Shown here in pieces: positions 1 to 5,316 of a stretch of 7,419 nt of DNA; positions within the stretch are counted from its first letter, which is position 1; each line of letters begins with the position of its first letter. The DNA comes from Candidatus Heimdallarchaeota archaeon B3_Heim (GTDB lineage: Archaea > Asgardarchaeota > Heimdallarchaeia > Hodarchaeales > Hodarchaeaceae), in NCBI GenBank assembly GCA_003144275.1, contig NJBF01000085.1:1-7419 (forward strand). The letters run 5' to 3'. A program made the translations under genes and the position numbers. The notes under the pieces are model-generated. The model had not been told where the DNA came from and ran no database searches. It worked only from the letters and a program-made list of their open reading frames with translations.

Positions 1-1059
1 TCCTTCATCGACAACTGTTTGTGCTAGTAATGCTACAAACATTTTACCATGTAACCATGCTCTGCATGACTCTTCATCTTTTTTTGGCAAATGTCCCAGG
101 CCTAAAATACTTTTAAGTCGTTTGAAAGCAATTTCTACTTGCCATCTAAATCTGTATAATTCTAAAATTTGTTTTGCATGGATTTCTTTTGGCAAGGAAG
201 TAGCCAAAATGAAATATTTACAATATTCAAGCGTATCAGGTTTTAATTTATATTGCCCTTTGCTTGCTCTTCTCTTAGCTTTTTTTATAGAGTTCTCTAT
301 TTGTTGCTTGCTTTTTTTAATAACACATAATCGCAATTTTTGTCTTAACCCACCTTTTGTAACTCCTTCAACGGTCCATTCTCTAATTTGTCTGTATTCT
401 AAACTTTTAAATTCTTTTATCATGTTGAATTCCATTCCATTTTTGTATATTGTAAAAGCATCTTTCTTTAACCTGGAAATAAAATCCCCTCCATTATCTT
501 TTACATATACAAATCCTGACAACCTACCATAAGCACGATCCCCAAGCAATAAATCTCCTTTCTCAATTTTAAAATTACGGAAACTTTCACCCTTTTTTGG
601 TTTTGTTATGATAAACTGTTCACATTGCAATCCAAACAAATTAATATTATAATGCAATCGCCAGTTTGAACCGGTGCTACCTGGTTCAGTTATAATGGAA
701 GCATCAATACTTTTTACTCGATAATTCTTCAACCAATTTGGAGGTATAATTTCAATTCCTTTGTTTTTTAATAATTCTACTGACATCCATCTGAACCATT
801 CTGATGATCCTTTTAATCTTTTTAATAAGGCAACATCTGAAATGTCACATAATTTGCCTTGCTTAGCCCGAGCAATTGTTTCTCGTAATGAACACCCATC
901 AGCAAGATGGATTAACAAAACCCTTATAAGGTATTTTACAGACTTGATATTCCTGGATCGCTTGAAAGCACCGAGTTTTTTAGCTTCAACAATCCATCCT
1001 TTTGGGAAAAATCTCATGAGGACTTTCCAGTCTTCATTAAAATAATTATTTGTTTCCAT
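1..1059 (-). CDS. IS4-family DDE transposase (IS231-like), 3' end runs off the window; absent from the ORF track because no stop codon is in the window
   Basis: Manual translation from ATG at 1059 gives 353 uninterrupted codons to base 1 (METNNYFNEDWKVLMRFFPKGW...AWLHGKMFVALLAQTVVDEG). Catalytic triad: D119 in SIDASII (703-705), D174 in GDRAY (538-540), E309 (133-135). E309 lies in LYRFRWQVEIAFKRLK, which matches the IS4 Y-2-R-3-E-6-K signature (Y302, R305, E309, K316). Confidence 0.93.
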   Translation of the reverse strand, partial: METNNYFNEDWKVLMRFFPKGWIVEAKKLGAFKRSRNIKSVKYLIRVLLIHLADGCSLRETIARAKQGKLCDISDVALLKRLKGSSEWFRWMSVELLKNKGIEIIPPNWLKNYRVKSIDASIITEPGSTGSNWRLHYNINLFGLQCEQFIITKPKKGESFRNFKIEKGDLLLGDRAYGRLSGFVYVKDNGGDFISRLKKDAFTIYKNGMEFNMIKEFKSLEYRQIREWTVEGVTKGGLRQKLRLCVIKKSKQQIENSIKKAKRRASKGQYKLKPDTLEYCKYFILATSLPKEIHAKQILELYRFRWQVEIAFKRLKSILGLGHLPKKDEESCRAWLHGKMFVALLAQTVVDEG

Positions 1060-1065
1060 GGCTTA

Positions 1066-1094
1066 AATATAAATATATTTAGCCATATATGCAA
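1066..1094 (-). promoter_or_regulatory. Candidate canonical sigma70-type transposase promoter (TTGCAT-17 bp-TATATT)
   Basis: Minus strand: TTGCAT (1094-1089), 17-nt spacer, TATATT (1071-1066), then 6 nt to the ATG at 1059. The region is very AT-rich, so a chance match is possible. Confidence 0.4.
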
Positions 1095-1115
1095 CTTTTT
1101 AAGTTAGCGCTTATG

Positions 1116-1126
1116 GGGCGGAGCCC
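1116..1126. repeat. Probable 11-bp IS target-site duplication copy GGGCGGAGCCC
   Basis: It directly abuts the IRL and fits GGG-N5-CCC, the known IS231A target consensus. The second copy would lie outside the window and cannot be seen. Confidence 0.65.
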
Positions 1127-1169
1127 CGGGGAACCTGACGTCCATATTCCCCAGGCTGAAAGCCTGGAA
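1116..1169. repeat. Cluster of GC-rich REP-like hairpins downstream of the HUH transposase remnant
   Basis: GGGC-GGA-GCCC (1116-1126); CCCCGGGG (1124-1131); GGGGAA...TTCCCC (1128-1133/1147-1152); CCAGGCT-GAA-AGCCTGG (1151-1167, 7-bp stem, GNA triloop). The cluster begins 8 bp after the TnpA stop codon on the minus strand. Confidence 0.65.
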
Positions 1170-1175
1170 CAAAAT

Positions 1176-1343
1176 TCAATCCCATAAATATTTTTCATTG
1201 TATTCAATATTATATTCTTCCAGGAAATTTCGTAACTCATCCTGAAAACTTATTCTCTTATGATACTCCTTCTGCTTCAAGATGTAATTCTTTACAACCT
1301 CAACTTTTGAGGCACTTACAGAAAAACCTCGGAATAATTCAAA
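1176..1343 (-). pseudogene. tnpA: C-terminal fragment (55 aa) of an IS200/IS605-like or REP-associated Y1 HUH transposase (TnpA); no start codon, HUH motif missing
   Basis: Manual translation: FELFRGFSVSASKVEVVKNYILKQKEYHKRISFQDELRNFLEEYNIEYNEKYLWD*. It shows the (G)FSVS motif, the catalytic-tyrosine motif YIxxQ (Tyr codon 1284-1286) and the characteristic YxExYLWD terminus. An in-frame TAA lies at 1344-1346 and no TnpA similarity is recognisable upstream. Confidence 0.88.
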
Positions 1344-1527
1344 TTATAATAAAACACCTTAAAAGAATTGATTTTTTCATACTTCATCAACATCTTTGGC
1401 ATTTTATATTAAAAAGTTATTTTTTTACTATGTATGTTTGGAAAAAACTAGAATATTTATCGAAATAACAATAAATAAATATAAACTCGTTTGACACGTG
1501 AAACTTTAATTGACATTTTGAATGTCT

Positions 1528-2373
1528 TTATTTAAAATACTCTTCCAATGTGAATGTATCCTTTACTCTGATACCTTTGGGGGTATCCTTAAGGTTACAG
1601 CACTCATGAAAAATATCATGTTCGAAAAACAAAATATAACCGTTCTCAAAAGCTTCCTTTAAAAAGCTTTCTTTTTCCTCCATTACCATTAATGGTCTGG
1701 TATCATAACCCATAATCCAGGGAACAGGGATGTGAACTGTTGAAGGTATCAGATCTGCTGTAAATACAATGGTTTTGTTGTTGTATCTTATAAAAGGGAT
1801 TATTTGTCCTTCCGTATGCCCGTTAAATAACCTGACACTAAATCCTGGATATAATTCCTTGTTTTCTTCAATAAAAAATAATTGACCGCTTTCTTCCATT
1901 GGAAGCATGTTCTCTTTCAAATACGAAGCCGCTTCCCTTCTATTCGGGTTCATGGCCCATGCCCACTGCTGCCGGCTTACCCAATATTTTGCATTCGGGA
2001 AAGTGAGCTCAAATCCGGTTTTTTCATGGTTAAATTTCACGCCTCCACCACAATGATCAAAATGAAGATGAGTTAACACAATATCGGTAATATCCCCTGG
2101 AGTGTATCCGTGTCTGTCAAGCGCTCCATCAAGTCCATATCCTCCGTTCAGGTAAAGATGACTGAAAAATTTATCGTCCTGTTTATCACCGCAACCATTA
2201 TCCACCAGTATTTTCCTGTCCCCTGTATCAACTAAAACAGATCGCAAAGCCCAGTTGCAGAGATTATTCTCATCAGCCGGATATTGCTTTTTCCACAAAA
2301 CTTTCGGTACAACTCCAAACATAGCTCCACCATCAAGCTTGAAATTGGAAATGTGAATTGAATGTACTTTCAT
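1528..2373 (-). CDS. Metallo-beta-lactamase-fold hydrolase (YtnP-like subfamily), 281 aa
   Basis: Contains the HxHxDH motif (THLHFDHCGG) plus GHTEGQ, ADLIP and FEHD ligands. The N-terminal FKLDGGAMFGVVPKVLW is typical of YtnP-like proteins. ATG at 2373 is preferred over GTG at 2379. Confidence 0.95.
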   Translation of the reverse strand: MKVHSIHISNFKLDGGAMFGVVPKVLWKKQYPADENNLCNWALRSVLVDTGDRKILVDNGCGDKQDDKFFSHLYLNGGYGLDGALDRHGYTPGDITDIVLTHLHFDHCGGGVKFNHEKTGFELTFPNAKYWVSRQQWAWAMNPNRREAASYLKENMLPMEESGQLFFIEENKELYPGFSVRLFNGHTEGQIIPFIRYNNKTIVFTADLIPSTVHIPVPWIMGYDTRPLMVMEEKESFLKEAFENGYILFFEHDIFHECCNLKDTPKGIRVKDTFTLEEYFK

Positions 2374-2428
2374 TATCACTGTTAATATTTAAGGTAACTA
2401 ATCAATGTGTTGATTTATGAAATAATCG

Positions 2429-2436
2429 CAAAGATA
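2429..2436 (-). promoter_or_regulatory. Bacteroidota -7 promoter box for the MBL gene
   Basis: The minus strand reads TATCTTTG, which fits TAnnTTTG, 56 bp upstream of the ATG. No good -33 TTTG is present at the expected spacing. Confidence 0.55.
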
Positions 2437-2521
2437 TAAGATAATACAGGTATTATACTAACTTTTATCACCTGTGGGGAATCAATCGAAGCGAAAATCC
2501 TAAAGTATTCACAAAGTGTTC

Positions 2522-2634
2522 AAGAGGCTATCTTTCTAAATATCAATCCTTTGCGTCCCGATAGCTATCGGGATTTGCGTAATCTTTGCGGTCTCTGCGA
2601 GAACTTCTTTATAGTACTTTTGAGACAGCCCCTT
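2522..2634. repeat. Composite MITE/REP-like element: imperfect terminal inverted repeats around a perfect 18-bp palindrome and four TTTGCG-type heptamers
   Basis: AAGAGGCTATCT (2522-2533) versus AGACAGCCCCTT (2623-2634) is 10/12 inverted identity. TCCCGATAGCTATCGGGA (2556-2573) is a perfect palindrome. Heptamers: CTTTGCG 2549-2555, ATTTGCG 2573-2579, CTTTGCG 2584-2590, CTCTGCG 2593-2599. The motifs are certain; their interpretation as one element is inferred. Confidence 0.55.
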
Positions 2635-2679
2635 AGTCATTTTTTACTAATTTTACGAAGGGATCAATATGGGAAAAAT

Positions 2680-3501
2680 ATGGAGAACATTGGAACTGAA
2701 ACATTAATCTTTGCTTTCGGATTAACTCTGTTTGCAGGATTATCAACCGGAATAGGAAGTGCTATTGCTTTTTTTGCCAGAACGACCAATATAAAATTTA
2801 TTTCCATTTTTCTCGGCTTTTCGGCGGGTGTAATGATCTATGTTTCGATGGTTGAAATTTTTGTTAAAGCAAAAAGTGCACTGGTTATGGAGCTGGGAGT
2901 TGTTGGTGGGAACTGGGCAACCGTAGGTGCATTTTTTAGCGGAATTTTCATTATTGGAATAATTGACCGGTTTATTCCTTCCGCGGAGAACCCACATGAA
3001 ATAAAAAGAGTGGAAGATATGGCATCTCCGGATTCCGCAGGTAGAAACCACAAATTAATGAGAATGGGGTTATTTACCGCTCTTGCGATTGCCATTCATA
3101 ACTTTCCGGAAGGATTGGCAACTTTCACAGCTGCCCTTACCGACCCAGGTTTGGGTATTGCTATCGCTGTGGCAATTGCCATTCATAATATTCCTGAAGG
3201 AATAGCTGTTGCCGTTCCCATTTTTTACGCAACCGGAAGCAGGAAAAAAGCATTTTTACATTCATTTCTGTCTGGTTTGGCAGAACCGTTGGGTGCATTG
3301 ATAGGCTACCTCATCTTAATGCCATTCATGAATGAGATCGTATTTGGATTATTGTTTGGAGCAGTGGCAGGTATTATGGTATTTATTTCAATTGATGAAC
3401 TCTTACCCACTGCAGAAGCATATGGGGAGCATCATTTATCAATATACGGACTAATCGCGGGTATGGCTGTAATGGCCTTAAGTCTTTTGCTTTTTGTCTA
3501 A
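2680..3501 (+). CDS. zupT: ZIP-family divalent metal (zinc) transporter ZupT, 273 aa
   Basis: Multiple hydrophobic helices, the twin metal-binding motifs [10 protein letters not shown] and [10 protein letters not shown], and LAEPLGA and DELLP. The true start is ATG at 2680 ([26 protein letters not shown]). The track's extension to 2551 translates the intergenic repeat. Confidence 0.96.
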   Translation: MENIGTETLIFAFGLTLFAGLSTGIGSAIAFFARTTNIKFISIFLGFSAGVMIYVSMVEIFVKAKSALVMELGVVGGNWATVGAFFSGIFIIGIIDRFIPSAENPHEIKRVEDMASPDSAGRNHKLMRMGLFTALAIAIHNFPEGLATFTAALTDPGLGIAIAVAIAIHNIPEGIAVAVPIFYATGSRKKAFLHSFLSGLAEPLGALIGYLILMPFMNEIVFGLLFGAVAGIMVFISIDELLPTAEAYGEHHLSIYGLIAGMAVMALSLLLFV

Positions 3502-3527
3502 ACCTATCGGAATTTACTCTCCTCCGG

Positions 3528-3556
3528 CTCTGTGGAATATATTCGATTTCACAGGG
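3528..3556 (+). terminator. Hairpin after zupT (possible terminator or REP-like element)
   Basis: CTCTGTGGAAT-ATATTCG-ATTTCACAGGG forms an 11-bp stem with two G-U pairs, 27 bp after the stop. It has no U-tract. Confidence 0.35.
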
Positions 3557-3707
3557 TCATATGGTAAATTCGCGAAGCTATGTTCCCGGCACCAAGATGA
3601 CTTTAACATTGGGAATTACATGGATAGTAATTATATTTACGGCCCGGTAAGACCTATAACGATCTATTTTGTAGTTAAACTGACTAACATTTAAATATCC
3701 AATTATA

Positions 3708-4178
3708 ATGATACGAAAGCAACTTTTAATTTTAATCTTTTTCTTCGGTTTACTGGCTGTTTCAAAAAGCCAGGATTATACTAATGGCATCGGCCTCAGG
3801 GGCGGATTACCATATGGAATAACGGTTAAACATTTTTTAAGTGACAAGAATGCCGTTGAAGGAATATTATCCACCCGCTGGGGAGGATTCCGGATAACGG
3901 CTTTGTACGAAATTCACGAACCTACCAAACAATACCCTGGTCTTAAGTGGTTTTATGGTGTGGGAGCCCATGCGGGTTTTTGGGATAGCCGAAGTCCGTT
4001 TGTTAACGATCCGGATAGCCAGGCTATCCTTGGAATCGATGGAATTCTGGGTTTGGAATACACCTTTGATGAAATCCCGCTGAACCTCGGAATTGACTGG
4101 ATCCCAAGTTTTAATCTTATCGGCCATAGCGGATGGGGTAATTGGTTAATTGGGATTTCTGCAAGGTATGTCTTCTAA
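3708..4178 (+). CDS. Secreted small outer-membrane beta-barrel-like protein of unknown function, 156 aa
   Basis: Signal peptide MIRKQLLILIFFFGLLAVSKS-Q, alternating hydrophobic Gly/aromatic-rich beta-strand pattern (GIGLRGG, WFYGVGAHAGFW, LGIDGILGLEY), and C-terminal ARYVF with the terminal Phe typical of BAM substrates. Confidence 0.8.
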   Translation: MIRKQLLILIFFFGLLAVSKSQDYTNGIGLRGGLPYGITVKHFLSDKNAVEGILSTRWGGFRITALYEIHEPTKQYPGLKWFYGVGAHAGFWDSRSPFVNDPDSQAILGIDGILGLEYTFDEIPLNLGIDWIPSFNLIGHSGWGNWLIGISARYVF

Positions 4179-4189
4179 TAATATTTTCG

Positions 4190-4219
4190 TTGGCTGGAAA
4201 TAAAAATATTATACCTTTG
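4190..4219 (+). promoter_or_regulatory. Bacteroidota primary-sigma promoter for tRNA-Glu
   Basis: TTG (4190-4192), 19-bp spacer, TACCTTTG (4212-4219, fits TAnnTTTG), 26 bp before the tRNA. Confidence 0.65.
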
Positions 4220-4245
4220 CAATCCGAAGTTTGGGAAGGTAAATT

Positions 4246-4317
4246 GGTCCGTTCGTCTAGGGGTTAGGACGCCAGGTTTTCATCCTGGTAACAGGGGTTC
4301 GATTCCCCTACGGACTA
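4246..4317 (+). tRNA. tRNA-Glu (anticodon TTC), CCA not encoded
   Basis: Full cloverleaf: acceptor GGTCCGT/ACGGACT, D arm GTC/GAC, anticodon arm CCAGG-TTTTCAT-CCTGG, T arm AGGGG-TTCGATT-CCCCT, discriminator A4317 followed by CAA. Confidence 0.97.
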
Positions 4318-4323
4318 CAAAAC

Positions 4324-4337
4324 ATAGCTTAAGCTAT
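4324..4337. repeat. Perfect 14-bp palindrome right after the tRNA (weak terminator or att-associated)
   Basis: ATAGCTTAAGCTAT, 6 bp after the discriminator base. Its function is not determinable from the sequence. Confidence 0.45.
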
Positions 4338-4495
4338 TGATATTCAGCTGATTATTTTTTAGTGTTGTCAGATTCGTTGGTAAATGATAGGAAAATAGTG
4401 TTTTTACTATACATTCAAATCATTTTGTAAAATTGTCCGGGTCGGACTTACGGAAATATTTCTTACCTGACCTGAAAACAGTGTTTGGGTATACA

Positions 4496-5119
4496 TTAAA
4501 GGTAATTATAGTTATTTTTTTTCCATTTATCTGGGCATTCTAAAGTATAATCATCACTAATCTTTATTTTATTTTCAAAGAGAGAATTTTTAAATGACTT
4601 CTCTCTTCCTTTTAAAAGGATTACTTTATTTGCTTTGCCTTTAATATCATAAGAAAAAGTATTTGGTGGGAAAAAAGCAATTATTTTATGTTGAGGTTTT
4701 ATCTCTTTTATTACTTCTATTGGCGGGGATAAATCTCCATCAGCACAAAAAAGAAATGAAATATCCCATTTATTTAAAATAACATCTCTAATCATATGAC
4801 AAGCAATTGAAACATCTGTTTTCTTTTCCTCCCAATATGTAATTTTTACAGATTCTTTTTTCTCACCTATTTTTACACGTTTCCATCTATGTCTTTTTCT
4901 AAAATCGCCTAATATGAGTTCAAATTTCGGATTAAGTAAATTTGCTTGAAAAAACAAATCTTGCCTTTCGGCTTTATCTTTATCATATTGAACAGCAGAA
5001 AAGTATTTTACTGTGTTTTGATCCCTAGAAAGTGTCCGGATAAAACAAGAATCACTGTCCGGAATGGTCAGGAATCGGTGTCCGGTTTGGGCAAGAATAT
5101 GCACAAATCTACTTTTCAT
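4496..5119 (-). pseudogene. NYN-domain (PIN-like, LabA/DUF88) nuclease, N-terminally disrupted; chimeric but still open ORF of 207 aa
   Basis: NYN-like segments VKYFSAV, QDLFFQAN, EEKKTDVSIA and ADGDLSP start at about 5012. The usual first-strand motif (hhDGxN) with the first catalytic Asp is absent. In its place is translated IS-end DNA (HILAQTGHRFLTIPDSDSCFIRT). Confidence 0.78.
5030..5103 (-). mobile_element. Solitary IS21-family-like terminal (TG end plus three 23-bp direct repeats)
   Basis: The minus strand from 5103 reads TGCAT followed by ATTCTTGCCCAAACCGGACACCG / ATTCCTGACCATTCCGGACAGTG / ATTCTTGTTTTATCCGGACACTT. ATTC and CCGGACA recur with an exact 23-bp period. TG termini with arrays of transposase-binding repeats are established for the IS21 family. 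No istA or istB is in the window. Confidence 0.72.
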
Positions 5120-5200
5120 TAATTTCAATCAATTTAATCAATCCGCACCAACCTATCTTTATTTTGTTTTTGAGAGATGGCCAAAACTGCCAAACAGAGC

Positions 5201-5316
5201 AGAAAACCTTTATATGCTTTGAAAAATTTTTCAATTTTTGCTTGCGATTTGGCTTTTGGGAATTGCAAGTATGCATGAAAAATACTGAACTAATTGACTG
5301 GAGCGATTTGTTGGGT
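5201..5316 (-). other. Degenerate attC-like site at the 3' end of the HEPN gene
   Basis: The left half is canonical: R'' ACCCAAC (5316-5310, fits RYYYAAC), 5-bp spacer AAATC, L''-like GCTCCAG. An imperfect plus-strand hairpin spans 5230-5289. The right half is poor: R' candidates are GTTTTCT (5207-5201) or GTTGGTG (5152-5146). Confidence 0.35.

Larger units (their letters stand above)
1..1115 (-). mobile_element. IS4-family insertion sequence, left end at 1115 (IRL about 1099-1115); right end outside the window
   Basis: The minus strand from 1115 reads CATAAGCGCTAACTTAA, 56 bp upstream of the transposase ATG. This resembles IS231-type termini (CAT-N6-AACTTAA). Composition switches abruptly from AT-rich to GC-rich exactly at 1115/1116. 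Confidence 0.8.

Noticed and set aside
122-1045. Track ORFs 122..532 (+) and 761..1045 (+)
   Set aside because: They are antisense shadows of the minus-strand IS4 transposase and have no recognisable motifs.
1116-1343. IS605-type tnpA-tnpB (RNA-guided nuclease) element
   Set aside because: No tnpB or RuvC-like sequence is near the tnpA remnant; only hairpins and the IS4 element follow it.
1489-1526. GACATT-TTG-AATGTC hairpin (1512-1526) as the MBL terminator
   Set aside because: The stem is only 6 bp, AT-rich and has no U-tract, which is too weak to call.
1882-2076. Track ORF 1882..2076 (+)
   Set aside because: It is antisense within the MBL gene.
2551-2679. 43-aa N-terminal extension of ZupT from TTG 2551
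   Set aside because: It translates the intergenic palindrome and heptamer repeat; ZupT-like sequence starts at ATG 2680.
2743-3095. Track ORFs 2743..3051 (-) and 2838..3095 (-)
   Set aside because: They are antisense within zupT.
3494-3694. 66-aa ORF between zupT and the barrel gene
   Set aside because: It has a weak non-ATG start overlapping the zupT stop, runs through hairpin DNA and has no motif. A small protein cannot be fully excluded.
3867-4127. Track ORF 3867..4127 (-)
   Set aside because: It is antisense within the beta-barrel gene.
4426-4483. Possible opposite IS21 end making 4426-5103 a non-autonomous element carrying NYN
   Set aside because: There is patchy similarity (TTGTCCGGGTCGGAC, CCTGACC, ACAGTG), but alignment needs a gap of about 10 bp and there is no 23-bp periodicity. 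It is worth a formal alignment only if the parent IS is found.
4440-4515. attC after the NYN stop (AACTATAAT resembles a CTATAAC R'' box)
   Set aside because: The AAC core is not intact, and no paired arm or GTT R' box was found downstream.
5030-5098. CRISPR interpretation of the 23-bp repeats
   Set aside because: The units are contiguous and degenerate, with no unique spacers and no cas genes. The TG end fits an IS terminal better.
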